Shown here one piece after another: positions 14,382 to 27,780 of a stretch of DNA of 64,000 nucleotides. A model generated the notes under the pieces. The model made no database searches. It worked only from the letters and a program-made list of their open reading frames with translations, and was not told the origin of the DNA. The position numbers and the translations under genes were made by a program. The stretch's first letter is position 1; every line of letters begins with the position of its first letter. The DNA comes from Prorocentrum cordatum. Its lineage: Eukaryota. Location of the stretch: contig CAUYUJ010000203.1 of NCBI GenBank assembly GCA_963575745.1, positions 558,001-622,000 of the forward strand. Direction: 5' to 3'.

Positions 14382-14507
14382 TATCGCTTAACCGATCCCT
14401 ATACCCACGGGCGTGGCCTGCGGCCCACTGGCTGATTGACCCCCCTGGATCGGGATATAGACTGTTCCTTTCGCGTTTCGAAGGGGAGAGGGATCGGTTC
14501 AACGATA
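14382..14507. mobile_element. MITE with about 18-bp TIRs; second copy at about 53228-53413
   Basis: TIRs are TATCGCTTAACCGATCCC / GGGATCGGTTCAACGATA. The interior (GGGCGT.GCCTG..CTGGCYGATT.ACCCCCCT.GAT.GGGAT) is homologous at 53228-53413. Confidence 0.7.
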
Positions 14508-16044
14508 GTGATCACAAGCGTCACCTGCTCCAAAACAGGTGCCGCACGATTGCGGCAAACGAGGCGTTGCGAGTCCACACTGCCAGCAGGGGATATGTCG
14601 ACCCCTACCCAAGGCTTTGGGAGGTGTCCGACTGGACCAAAATTTTGGGGCCGAACCCTGGAATATACGATGTGGGGGCGTCCATCCTCGATAGGGGTTC
14701 GTCCGCATAGCCCCCTTGGGGTGTATCCCAGGCTTTCCCCCCTTGTCTGAGCCTTCTCACTTTTCGTCGAAGCGTCGGGGTCTGGGGGAAAAAAGCCTGC
14801 GAACTGCTACTGCCTCAGGAACGCCTCGCCTCCAGGCAAGAGAACGGCCGCTCGCTCCCCCTTCGGGGATCTCTTCTGATCTTGCAGGATCCTGAACCCA
14901 AGCCCGGGTCAGTGCGAACCTGGCCCTGCACCCGCCCGAGCCCTGCAGGATCCAGCAAGATGCGGCGCTCTGACTGACCCCCGTTTGCGTTGACCCCCGC
15001 CTCTTGAGCCCCGACCGCTCCCGCTGCTGCCGCTCCCCTTGGGGGCGACCGGGCGGCCCCGGCTCCGCGGGCCTGCGCCCCACGCGTCCGCCGCGCAGAT
15101 GACGACGGAGAAGGCCAGCGCGGGGCTGACTCGGAACTCGTCCGCCCCAGCCTGGCGCCGCCGCCGGCGTCGACGACGACGACGACGATCTCCACGACGA
15201 CGACAATCTCCACGACGACGACGACGGCGATGATGAACTCAACTACCTCGACGACCTCGACGACCTCGACGACGACGACGATGACGACGAAGCCGACGCC
15301 GACGCCGACGACGACATCGACGCCGAAGACGACGACGACTTCGACGACGACGACGGCGGCGGCGGCGACGAGGGTAAATTGTAGAGTATCGACGTGATCG
15401 GCGTCGTTTGACCTCTTCGAGTCTCGAAAGGCTTTCTGGGACCTCTGGAGTCTCCTGCTTCGACATCCTCCCGCCCCCCCCTGCCCCCGCTCGTCCTCAC
15501 ACCGCTCCTGTGTCCGACTCCTGCTCCCCTGCCATGCTTCTCCTGCTCCCCTGGTGTGCTCCCGCTGCTCTTGCCTCCACCTCCTCCCCCGCCCACCTCC
15601 GCTTCTACGGTTAGGGCAGGCATGTCCTCCTGCAGGTACATTTAGGGCTCAATACTTTAAACCAAAGGGACCCAGAATAGTAAAACGAGCACAATAATCG
15701 TCCCCAAACTATTGTTTTGCGATTCTCGGATACTCCTCCTGTAGAGGCATGCCCGACTTAATTCTATGGTTGCCCGCCCGCGTCCCCGGATCCAGCGGCA
15801 AGAGGAACAGAACGAGAGGCAGGAGGGCGCAGGAAGACCGTGGGTGGGAGGAGAGAGGGGAGGAGGAGAGGGGCAGACAGCAAAGCTAGGCGCGCACGCG
15901 CCACAGCCCTGACATCCTACCTCTCCCACCCATCCCTTCCCGCTGCGCAAGTTTGCCTCTCTTCGCCGACGCCTGCCAAGGCGGACCTGAAACTCCAAAG
16001 AGGACCCCTGTCGTGTCATGAGGCGATGGCGGAGGGGAGCGGCC

Positions 16045-16112
16045 CGGAACACGAAGTCGACCACGATGGCGAGGCTGAGGTCGGCGTACAGGTAGAGCGT
16101 CAGACCAGCGAC
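16045..16112 (-). CDS. Candidate upstream exon of the PqiA-like gene
   Basis: The acceptor is ccag|G and the codons are GC3-rich, encoding VAGLTLYLYADLSLAIVVDFVFR. It joins in frame to the exon starting at 2769 only through a non-standard GG-AG or GC-GG junction, unless exons intervene. Confidence 0.4.
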
Positions 16113-16309
16113 CTGGGTAGTTAGGCGGGCCCGCGGGCCCCTTGCCGCAACGCCTCCCGCTCCCCTCCCGCGTTCCCCTCCCCCCCATCCCCGCGCCTGC
16201 CTGGCTGCCCTCCACAATGACACGGTATGAATTCCACTCTCCTCTCCTCTGACTCTGTCCCGAGAGTCTCCCGTCCTCTCCGCGTATTGTTTCTTACGCA
16301 CCGGATTTC

Positions 16310-17010
16310 ATTAATGATTGGTTTTTGTCCCATGCGTTTGTTTCAAGCAAGTCGTTTCCGGTTCTTCCAAAATGGTGCTCCCGCTGCAGCGTCGCCCTCA
16401 TTTCCGTGCTTCGGTTACTCAAAATCGTGCTCCCGCTGCAGCGCTGGCCTCGATCCCGCTGGTCTCCCTGCGCTTCCGGTGCGCCAGTAAGCCCAGGGAG
16501 ACTTGGAAGGAGGTCCGGGGAACGCGAGGCAGCGTGTCGAAAGGTGGTGGGGGGGCTTCAAAAATCACACCACCCCTACCGGACGGCACTTGCAATCCGA
16601 AAGCGGCCACATTGGGCAGGCACGGTTGTGGAGGGCATGGAGCCGGCAGTCCGGACAGACAGGCCCTGTCCTCGCGTAGACGGGCCACTTACCCTCCAAG
16701 TCATCCAGTGCCATGCCACGGCATGCAATGCGATGCTGTGTTGTGCACCGCTGTGCGATGCCATGTTTTGCGTTGCTACGCTACGCTTTGTGATGCAATG
16801 CTTCACTGCGCAATGCCACGCCATGCTATGACATGCTACGATCTGCCGTGATCCCCTACGCCATGCTTTTCCATCCATCGCGTACACTCTTAGGATCATT
16901 GCTCTGCTCGACATCCAACTGTGCGAATAGATAGGAGATCTACGCGATGGTAAGGGGTGGGAGGGAGGGGTGGGACGTCAGATGTGACGCTAGCGCACCT
17001 AGCTTATCCG
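16310..17010 (+). repeat. Dispersed repeat; direct copy at about 36360-36775
   Basis: The copies share TGCTCCCGCTGCAGCG units and GGATCATTGC.CTGCTCGACATCC.ACTGTGCGA...GCGCACCTAGCTT. Copy 1 has about 200 extra bp (16490-16700). Confidence 0.85.
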
Positions 17011-17541
17011 CTCCCCCTCCCCTCTCTACTCCCGCCCTTCCCGCCAGTCTTCCCGCTCATCTCCCTTGCTCCTCCGCGTCCTTCCCGCTCGTCTTCCCCG
17101 TCTATTTGTTTTGCAAAGTTTTTGGGAGGAGCCGCAAGCCACGACAGTAATACATGAATGACGAATGACAAGCTTTCGCGCTGCACCGGACCGATCCTCT
17201 TGCCAGTCGCTGTGCTAGCTGGGACAGAGACCCAACTGCGAGTTGACCCTTGCTGTCGGGCCTGTCGTAGGCGGGCCCTGCCTCGATCCTCCCTTGCTTG
17301 CACGAGCGAAGCGTCGAGGGGATCCAGGGCCCAGGGATGCCAAAGTGCAGTCTCGGCACCGTGTGACGCCCCTCCCCTCTCCCTCATCCGCCGACCCCTG
17401 CCTCCATCCCGTGCGTCCCTCCACTCGCCTCCTTTGCTCTTCCATCCCTTCTTTCCCTTTCTCCTTCCCTCGACTCCCGCCCCCCTAGCGTGAACCCGAA
17501 ACGGTGTGTGTGTGTGTGTGCGTGTGCGTGTGCGTGTGCGT

Positions 17542-17573
<32 letters not shown>

Positions 17574-18172
17574 CTGTGCGCGTTTCTGGCAAAGTATGTT
17601 GCGTAATTATATGGAGCTACTTATGTGGTGCACTCTATTTTGACCAGTCTATGGTGCGCAGCAAATGTAGTGCAATCACTGTTGTGCAACCTCTATGGTG
17701 CAATCTCTGTTGTGCAATCTATGTGGAGCAATCTATGCTGCGAAATCATTGTGAAACAATATATGTTGTGCAATCTATGCAGTCTATGTGGTCCAATCTC
17801 TGCTGTGCACTCGATGTGGAGCCATACATGTTGTGCAATATGTGCGCCGGAATCTATGTGGCGCATTCTCTGAGGTGCAATCTAGGTTGTGCAATCTACG
17901 TGGAGCAATCTGTAGTGTAGTCGAACGGCGGAACCGAGCGGACACGGCCGTCGGGCCCAGACGACGGGCGGTGACGAGGCGACAACGGGGCGGCGACGGC
18001 GGCTGCACAGCCGCCAGACCGACCTTCAGGCCCAGACGACGAGCGGCCACTTGGCGGCGACGGGGCGGCGACGGCGGCTACATAGCCGCCAGACCGACCT
18101 TCAGGCCCAGTTGCTCATCCCAGAAGTAAGAACCCTTCAGTGCAAGCACTGCTCGAGGAAACATAGGCGCTG

Positions 18173-18442
18173 ATGCTGAATTTGCCAAAGTGCCTTTCTC
18201 GCACCGTCGAGCTCTCTGCATGGAGGGTTGGAGATACTCTTTATCGGGGCCCCAATTCCCGGTGGGTTCCTGTAACTCTCCTGGGGCACTACTTGTGCCG
18301 CTCTCGGAAGGGCGTGGCCCCGAACATCCTCACCTCCAACACGGCCGAAGGATGGCACGGCAAGTTCGCGTCGTGTCGACCGGCGGCGACCCCTCCGTCG
18401 GCGTTCAACGTTGAACGCTGCTGGCGACCCAGAATCGCTTGA
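18173..18442 (+). pseudogene. Possible Mutator/MULE transposase fragment
   Basis: ILTSNTAEGWHGKF resembles the TNNxxEGWH motif around the catalytic Glu of MULE DDE transposases. Only this motif supports the call. Confidence 0.3.
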
Positions 18443-20898
18443 TGCTGAACGACTTCCCGGTTCGGTAACAGCAGATCACATCTTTAGACTCGCGGCGATA
18501 ACAGGCGCAATGGGCAGGGGGAGGGGGGGGGGGCGGTGGGGGGCATAACTTTAGGCACCTCTCCACTCCCCCCCGTGTGGGTCCAGCACCACAGGCTGTG
18601 GTGCCGGACGCACTGCGGCAGCGCCTACTAGGACGCACTGTGGGGGGGGGAGCGTGACGATTTTTGGAGGGGAAGGGGAAGGTAACAAGAAACACTCTCC
18701 AAGGCTTCAAGGTTGAACGATCCCCGCGGTGTCAGAAACCCACCCGCGCCGAAATCGGCACGACACGAACCTGCCACCCGGCCTGGGGCCCCCAGGGGTT
18801 GCCGCTGTGGCCTTCTTGGACGCCCCGAGGTGGCCAACGCCGTTGGAAAACATGTGGGTCCGCGGGCCCCAGCGCGCAGGCGTCGGTCGAGCCAACGGCG
18901 GGGCGAACCGAAGCGCCCATCGAAACAAGTGCGCCCCTGCATGACTGCAGGACTCCCGGCCTCAAGGTCGTCCAAGGACGGCCCCAGGGAGCCCCCGAGG
19001 GCGGGGCCGCGAGGCCCAAGAGGGGACCCCCGACCTGACATCTCGAGCCGGCAGGCCCCCAAGAGGCCCCCGAGGCCCGCAGAAGCCTCAGAAAGGCCGC
19101 CAAGACGCTCCGAGAGGCCTCCAAGAGGCGTCCAAGAGGCTCCCGAGAGACTTCCGAGTTACCCCCCAAACGCCTTCCTCGAAAACCGTGATGCCTTTTC
19201 AGAGGCCCCGTGTCAATGATCCAGACCTGGTGGCGGGTTGGGTCAAAGGGCACTGAATCTGCCGCCCCCTGTTGATTCATCCAAGGGGTGCTTGACGCGT
19301 GATGAAGAACATCCAAAGAGGCCTCACGCACGTCGAACGTTCGTCGGCTTCACGTCGGCTTTGCGTCGGATTCACGTCGGATTCACTTCGGACTTCTTAC
19401 ATCAGAGCATCGCCCTGCGAACGTCGACCCTCACGGAGCGGACGTGTGGATTAAATCATAAAACTGTTGCGCGCCGCGCAAGACCTCCATGATCTCCCTC
19501 ATAGGGTGTGCATAACTTTCGAGTTCGTGCTGTCCCTTCTAAACTGGTTTCCGCTGGATTTCGGCCCGGCCCGCAAGCCCCAAGAAAAGCAACACTCACA
19601 TGATTTTCCCGCCCGAGATGGGCCCCACGTGGTTTCCGGGAGGACCCTGGTCGGCATCAATTCGGTCCAAGATGGCAACTGTGCCTCCAAGTAGGCTCAA
19701 GATGCCTTCAAGAGGGCCCAAGATTGGCCAAGACGACCCAAGATGGCTTCCAGACTGCCCAAGCGGCCGCCCCAAGAAGGGCCCCAGAGCTACCCCTGGA
19801 CAGCCTCCAACGGCGAACAACAACTCCCGAATAACTTAAATAATTTCGGGTTATCGTCTTTCGGGCTTGAAAAATGTCCAAGGCGGCACAAGAGGCCGCC
19901 AAACTGACCCAAAGCCATCCCCCTCCAAAAGGGCCCAACACACCCCAAGAGGATTCAAACACGAAATCCCCTAGGCAGCCCGCAGCGAACCCAATCGGGC
20001 CCCAAGAGACCCGCAAGAAGGCCCAGAGAGACCCCCTAAGACAGCATCCGAGGGCGCCAAAGCCCAGGAATACCGAAGGCGCCTCCCAAACCCAAGAGGG
20101 TCGTGAAAGCAAGAAAATATGTCAAAAGCTGCCCCACGACGGCCCCAAAGGACCCTTCCCAATGCCCCTCAAGCGGCTCCACAACAACAGCCTGAGGAAC
20201 ACGCAGTCCGCCAGGTTGGCCGCACTGTCGCTCGACGTTTCATGATCCAGGCGCTTCCAAAGGCAGGGGGCGGCGGCGATTCGGCGGATTCGCCTTCGAT
20301 AATCACGCAACGGAGGAAGGCGCTGGATTGGAGGGAGCGTGTCAGGGGAAGTTGGAGGGGGGGAATCAGGAAGTGGGAGGTGGGGACGGAGGAAGCCCGC
20401 TCCACCCTCCTCCCTCCCTCCCCACCCCATTCTGTTCTTCCGACCCCCCTTCCTCTTCTTCTCACTTCCCGGCAAGCTGCGAACCGTCCATCAAAGTAGG
20501 GGTCTAGGGCCTAGGTCAGAACCAGGCCTGCCATAGATTCTGAAGCAATAGCAATAATAACGCGAATCAGAATCTCGCCGTGCAGTGACGCCACGCCACG
20601 CCCCTTCCTCCTTCCTCCTTCCTCCTCCTCCTCCTCTCTACCTTTCATCTTCCTCCTCATCCTCCCGCCTCTTCCTCCTCCCTCCGAGTCCTTCCTCCTC
20701 TTCCTCCTCCCTCCGAGTCCTTCCTCCTCTTCCTCCTCATCCCTCCCTCCATTCCTCTTCCTCCTTCTCCCGCTGAGCTTCTCCGCGAGCTGGCTGGGCT
20801 GTCAACCGCTACGACGGGGTACAGCACCGTGACCGCCCGCGGCACGACCCAGCTAGCCCCCAGGTGCCTGCAGCACGACGATAGTGGGGGAGGGGGGC

Positions 20899-20998
20899 NN
20901 NNNNNNNNNNNNNNNNNNNNNNNNNNNNNNNNNNNNNNNNNNNNNNNNNNNNNNNNNNNNNNNNNNNNNNNNNNNNNNNNNNNNNNNNNNNNNNNNNN
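20899..20998. other. Assembly gap (100 N)
   Basis: Run of exactly 100 N, so the true size is unknown. Confidence 0.99.
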
Positions 20999-21034
<36 letters not shown>

Positions 21035-21098
21035 GCATCAGCATCAGCATCATCCTCATCCTCATCCTCATCATCATCATCAGCATCAGCATCATCAT

Positions 21099-21129
<31 letters not shown>

Positions 21130-21570
21130 AGCAGCATCGTCATCAGCAGCATCATCACCATAATCATAGTAATCATCATCATCATCATTACCATCATCAC
21201 CATCTTCATCAGCAGCAGCATCATCATCAGCACCATCATTATCATCAGGCTCGTCACCAGAATCATCATCATCACCATCGCCATCACCATCATCATCATC
21301 AGCATCATCACCATCACCATCATCATCATCGTCATCATCATCATCTTCATCGTTGTCGTCGTCATCATCATCATCATCATCGTCATCATCATCATCAGCA
21401 TCATCAGCATCATCACCATCATATTCATCATCATCCGCATCATCATCAGTATTCTCCTCCACCACCTCCTCCTCCTCCTCATCATCATCATCATCATCAT
21501 CAACATTATCATCCTCATCCTCATCCTCATCCTCATCCTCTTCCTCTTCCTCCTCCTCCTCCTCCTCCCC
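20999..21570 (+). repeat. (CAT)n grading into (CCT)n microsatellite
   Basis: Seen directly; it follows the gap. Confidence 0.95.
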
Positions 21571-23748
21571 GCCCTCCATCCCCCCCCTCCTCTCCCCCTC
21601 TCTGCTCAGGCATTGCCGCCCGTCTGGGCAGGAGACTCCTGCTGGTGAAGGGCCTCCCCGTTCCGGGGGCCACGGTGCGCGGCCATGGTCAGCGCGAAGT
21701 TGCACCTGGCCGCCGCCCTTCCCTGCCCCGGTGCAGCCCGCCGCCTGCCTCCCCCGCGCCCGGCTGCCGCCCTGAGTCCCTCCCTTCGACGCCGGGGGGG
21801 AGGACGACGACGACGGGTGCGACGAGGAGAAGAGGGGAGGGAGTGTTCTCGAGCGTCTTTCTGGAGTGAGTGGATGGTCCTGGGAGTTTTGTTGGGGGGG
21901 GACCGACAGCGAGGGGGCACGGGTGTTCTTGGGGTGATCGCCCCTCTCCCCGCGACTCGAGCTCGGGAATGGCACGGTCCCTCCCCAGAGCTCCCACCCT
22001 CTGGCTCCTCTTCCTCCTTCCCCGCTTCCTGCTCTTCGTGTTCCTTCTCTTCGCCCCTCCTGCTCAATGTACGTGTCTCGAATCTCCCCCCTCCCCTCGT
22101 GGCACCGCCAGAGTCCCCCCCGGTGAAGCGCGAGGCGCCGCCGGCCCTTGGCGGCACCAGGCTGCAAAGAGCACGCCGAGACACGTGCTGGACGCACGTT
22201 TCGGGTGTTGCTCGCAGTGGCCCTGGCCTCAGGTGCGCCCAACAATCGCTCCATGATGGATCCCCTGGAGCCCTCTGGGTCTCGTGACGGTGAGAAAGCC
22301 ATGGGGGACACCTTGGGCCAGGGGCAGTTCTAGCAACACCCGAACGTTCCATACCCCCCCTAAGTGGGGCCCCACAGGGTGAGAGCACGAGCCAAAGAGC
22401 CTCGTGCCGAGTGCCTGTTGGACGTCTCCCTCCCGTGCGAGTGCTTGCGCGCGTGACTAAGCCGCCGAACACACCATGCCGACCCCCCTTCGAGCCTGCA
22501 CGCGTGAAAACACGGAGAGACGAGAACGAGGATCTGATCTGATCTGATCACTGCTGAGATGGGGATGAAACCCCCGCAGGCTGAAGGTCAACAGATGGGC
22601 GAGATGTGCAACAGCAGACGAATCACCGATTCACGAAGGGGAGGGAGAGGGGAGGACGAATCACCGATTCACGAAGGCGCAGCAGAATTCACCGACCCCT
22701 GGGGGCTGCTCGGCCTGCGGGAGCCTTGCCCCTCCACGCACCCTTGCCCCGGGAAAGTCCTGCCCGACCGCTCACATGGCGACGAGAGGGGCCCCAAGGT
22801 GTCCAGGTTACCTCCCAAATCCAGCAGAATTGGCCAAGAAGCTGATCCCGCATAGGCGCAGAGCTCTTGAAAAGTCTGTGAGGCTGCAATGTTGGATTGC
22901 TTCTCTGGCCATTATGCATACCAAGGCTGCAGGAGCACGAATGTGGCACCCAGTGCACCTCAGTAACACGCTAAGATGTCCTCGGAAGTGCACCAAGACG
23001 GCAAAAAAGGCGCCATGACGGCCCAAGCCAAGACGCGCCAAGATGGCCAAATATGGTCCAAGAGCCACGCAAAGCGCCCATGGGGGCCCTAAAGATGCCC
23101 CCTGGGCGGCCCAACAAGGCCGCCTTTTGAGCACAGCCTTGGGCTTCGCAACGGGCCAAGCAGGCACCTGAAGGCGTCTGCGACAACGCACTTTTAAGCG
23201 GAAGCAGCGGGTCTGACGCAGGTGGGTCCGCGGGGAGAGGTGCTAGATGCAATCATGTTCGAAATAGCTGGCGCCTGGATGCAATAACTGCGCGACGATA
23301 GCTGCGTAGCTCTTCACATGCAACTGCAGATGTTGCCCGTGCACAGATGTCCCGAAATAGTTGCGAACTGTTGCGTAGTAGGAACAAATAGCGATTGCAC
23401 CTTTCACAGCCGACGCGTCTGCCCAAGACCCACTGCTCCAGCTTAGAGCATCCTGGAAAAGATTCGCACAAGAGAAACGGGCCCTGAGGGAAACGGGTCC
23501 TGGACACTGGGGCCTTCTCCCAGGACCAAATAAGGAGCCGAACTCTTTACACCAACACTTCCTGCCGGCCCCGCACTGAAATTCGCACACGAAAGCTGAT
23601 CCTGGTGTATACGGGATCCTGGTGTATACATGTTTCGTTGTTTCCCTGGAAAAACGGGCAAATTAGCACCACACCACACCGACGTCGTCCCCGATCCTCA
23701 AAAACAGCCCGTCAACGGTAATGTATATGCTCCAGTTTCCGACATAGA

Positions 23749-23891
23749 CGAGCGCGTTCCACTACTCGCGAAGTGGCTACTCGCAAATGACCTGGATCCG
23801 CGGGGGGGCTCTACGATAAATTACATCGAAGCAGACATGTGTTTGCCGGGCGTTTGCGAGTAGGCACTTTGCGAGTAGTGGAATGCGCTCG
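23749..23891. mobile_element. 143-bp MITE with about 39-bp TIRs
   Basis: CGAGCGCGTTCCACTACTCGCGAAGTGGCTACTCGCAAA matches the reverse complement of 23853-23891 with 3 mismatches. Confidence 0.75.
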
Positions 23892-26800
23892 GTGACGACA
23901 CTTCCCCAGGACCAAATCTTCATCCCGAGTCGTTCTCTGGCGGTCCCCGGGCCGCGCCCCGTAGCGAAGGGAGGCAGCCCGGGCCCCCAGGGAACCGGCG
24001 CCGTGGCGCATGTGCCAACGAATCTCACCGAAGCGCACGCGGCAACGCCGCGGCGGGGCCACTGGAATCCGACCACTTGAGCAGGGACCGACCGTCCCGG
24101 CTTTCCTATAGGCCTACCACGAAGTGTTTTTTTTTTCGAAGTGTTCATAGAGCCCAGAAGTGGTCAATAACATAAGCAGTGCTCTTCTACCATAAGAGCC
24201 GATGTGTTAAAACAAGGCAGCCTCGGACAGAAATGTTCTAAGAGCATTTCGTGCAGACCACAAAAGGTTCTCAGAACATTATTTGGTGGGCCTATTGGCA
24301 AGCCAGGACGCATCGCCACTGCTCGAACCATGGGACTCGGCACGCGATGTGAGGACGATAAAAAACAGGTCTTACGCGAGATGGCACAGCGACCTCACGC
24401 GGGCCGCCAGCGCGGCACGCTGCATTGGAGACGAGGGCGCTTACGCGCGACCTTACGCAGGCAGCTGACGCGCCAGTGTCGGCGCAGACGACCCTGTTTT
24501 TTCCGTCGCTCAGGGGAGGACGGAGGCGGGAGCCTCTGCCTGGCAACACAGCGACTGCAAGGCCCAGACATCCCATGTCTTGACTTGTTCCACACGGGAT
24601 CCCCGGGAAACGCCATCCCTTTTCCCTGGGGCTGGCTTCTCATCCCGAGCTGTTGTGAGCTGTTGTGACTGTCGCGGTGCCAAAACCTGCCGTCGCAATT
24701 CGCTTCCCGACGCGAACATGTCCGAAGGAGGGAGGGACGCAACGCAGCGGCTGGTAAGGCATCGGGTTGCGCACAGCCAGCATGGCCCCCCAGGTAGTCC
24801 CAGCGTGCCTCAGCAGGCCCCCCGAATAGCCTGGACGCAGAGCGCCCCAGGGGCGCCGCCGAAGGCGGCGCCAAAGTGCTGAGACCGCCCTGGGGGGGTC
24901 CTGTTGAGGCCAGCCGCGACTACCTGGGGGCTGTCTGTGCGCAACCCTGAGGCGAAATGAAGTATGGGATCCCCTTGGGGTATCCTGCGCACTCGGGAAT
25001 GCCAAGCGATTCGGAGGACCACGACGACGACGACGACGAGGACATGAGCACCGAGGGGGGATAACGAACGACGAGGCGACAGAGGATAGGACACCTAAGG
25101 CTGCCAGGGTGGCGAAGCGCGCTGGATGCACGCAGGGAGGGGGCGCGAAAAGGGAGAGGTCAACAACCCTAGAGATGCGAGGTCCTGATTTGTTCCAAAA
25201 GGGGTCCCGGAAATCCCTACCACTTCCCCAGGACCAGTTTTCCGTCCCGAGTCCATGTTTGACTGTCCCGGGGTTCAAAGGCCGAAAGCAGCCCAAAACC
25301 TCGGGTCGTGAATTTTTCGCGACGAGAGCATGTCTGGGACAGTAGCAAGCAGGCAGACAAGCAGGCGAACGGCGGGGGGCGGAAAGAGACGAGACGCCCC
25401 AGGGCCTCCCAAATGGGGTCCGAGTTGATGGGGTCGAAGGATTGCTCCGCATGGACGATGCTGCTCGACGTGGAGCCAGAGTTTCTGCACGCCGATGGCG
25501 CCGATGCATTGGCGATGCGGCGCGATCATCCGCCCCCATCGACTCGGACCATCTAGAAGGCCTCTAAAGACGAGGGAGGCGACGAAGGGGAACAGCCCCC
25601 CGGGCCGACTGCCCCCCCGCGGCGCCCCAGAGCGGCGGCGCCGAAGGCCGCGCAAGCAAACGCCAGGCCGGTGGCGGAGGGAAGGCCCTGGTAGACGTTG
25701 GAGTCGGGACCTGCTGGAGGGGAGGCCGTCGTCAGCGTCGTAGTCCTCGCCGTCGACGCCGCCGTCGTCGCCGTCGTCCTCGCCGCCGCTGCCGTCATCG
25801 ATGCCGCCGTCGCTGGGGCGCTGGCGCTGTCGTCGCTGCCGTTGTCGCCGTCGTCGTCATCGCCCTCGTCGTCGCTGCGGGCGGGGTATCATCCTGATAT
25901 CCGAGCGTCGCAATCCCACCAGCCCTTCTAGGGCGTGAGTGGTTTGGAGCGCTTCTTATCTTTCCAACCCCCCTTCTTCCCCTTCGTGGAAGGTTTACCC
26001 CTCCTCTACCTCCTCCCCCTGGGTTTGGAGGGGGCGTTCCAGGCTTTGGGGCGTCCACGATGTCGGCTAGGAAGTCAAACTTAGTGCTACTAAGGTTTTC
26101 GCGGCATGTTGGCCTCCTGGGGGGGGCGCCACTAATTTACTATCTTTTGCAAGATGGCCACAAGATGGCCCCCGAGGCGCAAGAGGCCCCCAAAAAGCTC
26201 CAAGAGGCCACCGGGGTTGCCAAGAATACTCCAAGACGCCCGAAGAAGACTCCAACAAGCTCTCGGAAGACATCCGAAGAGACTCCGAGCTGCATCATGA
26301 GGCAGCTGGCCTTTCTGCTCGAATTCTTCCTCCTCCTCCTCCTCCTCCTCGTCCTCCCCCTTGCTCTTCCGCTCTCTCATCCGCCTATTCCTCCTCCTTC
26401 CGTCTCCCTCCTCCCCCTCCCCCGCTCCATACTCCTCCTCCTCCTCCTCTTCCTCCTCCTGCTCCTCTGATTTCTCCTCTTCTTGGGGTATGACGTCTTA
26501 CCCAGCCTTGTATTCCACTGCATGCTCCTCCACATCCCTGATCAGGGTAACTCGTCTGGACATCGTTTCTGGATGGGCGGGTGGGGTTGTGCGAAGCGTG
26601 TAGAATTCCTGCCGCGACGGTCGTTTTCGCTAGGTTTCGGGCCCCGGGGCCACCACAGATCGATCCCGCTCGAGAACTGTGGCAGAACGATTGGGAACGA
26701 GGCTCCGGTCGTGATTCCTCGACGTCGGATCTTGGATGAGTGCAGGCTTCGGATTGCGCACGTCTGGTCTCAACAGGCCCCCCTTGTGGCCAGGGGGGAT

Positions 26801-27780
26801 CTCAACACTCTGGCGCCGCCTCCGCCCTGGCCTGATCAGAAGCCTGTTGCAGGCTGCGAGGGCCAAAAGCGCAAACCGAAGCCTTACCAGGAGCACGGGG
26901 ATGGGGAGGAGGCGGGAGAGGCGAGGAGAAGGGGGGATAAGGAAAGATGGATGATGAGAAAGTAGGAGGGGAGGGGACGGGAAGACGGAGGAGGAGGAAG
27001 TATGCAGAAGGACGAGGGGAGGAGGAAAGGGGGTGATGGGGTGGTGAGGAGGCGAGAGGCGGGAGCCCCTTCCCCCGATGTTCAGTGTCTAGTCCAAATT
27101 TTCTCCTCGAATCCCTTCCATCGGTCTCCCCTCGTCTCCCTCCCCTCCTCCCCCGCATCCCGTTGCTCTCCCCTCCGCGGGTCTTCTGCGTGAGCCGCTC
27201 TCCGGCAGATCAGCGTGCAGTTTTGCCGCTGGGCGAGCCACGAAGGAATGAGACGTCCTCTGGCATCTGGCGAACTCCTCCCCTACTCCCCTTCTTGCTA
27301 CATGTGCTCTGCATGTGCTGCCCCTCTGCATCGCATCGCCCATGCTGGCGGACACGTGCCAGGTGCCATCGAGAACTCGGCGATGGCTTTGTTGCCTGCG
27401 CCCGGGAGGTGTAGTGGGCGACCCGCGGAAGAAAGAGATAAAGAGATAAAGAGAGAAAGAGAGAGAGAGAGAGAGAACAAGTGAGAGAGGGAGAGAGAGA
27501 GAGAGAGAGAGCAAGAGAGAGAGAGAGAGAATGAGAGGGACAGAAAGAGTAAGACAGGAAGAGAAATAATGAGAGAGAGGCAGAGAGGAGTGAGAGCATC
27601 AGGGGGCACATCTGTGCATATGTGTACAGACACACCCACATTATATTCATTGTTACAACTATGTGTATATAGTTACATGTGCGTGTACACATATGTGCAC
27701 ATAAACAAATACATATCTATAGATATATATATATATATATCTATATATCTATATATCTATCTATATATCTATATATCTAT

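Noticed and set aside
20776..21700. Exon-like segments flanking the gap (also plus-strand candidates at 13908-14185)
   Set aside because: Frame is ambiguous, no domain was recognised, and the gap prevents linking.
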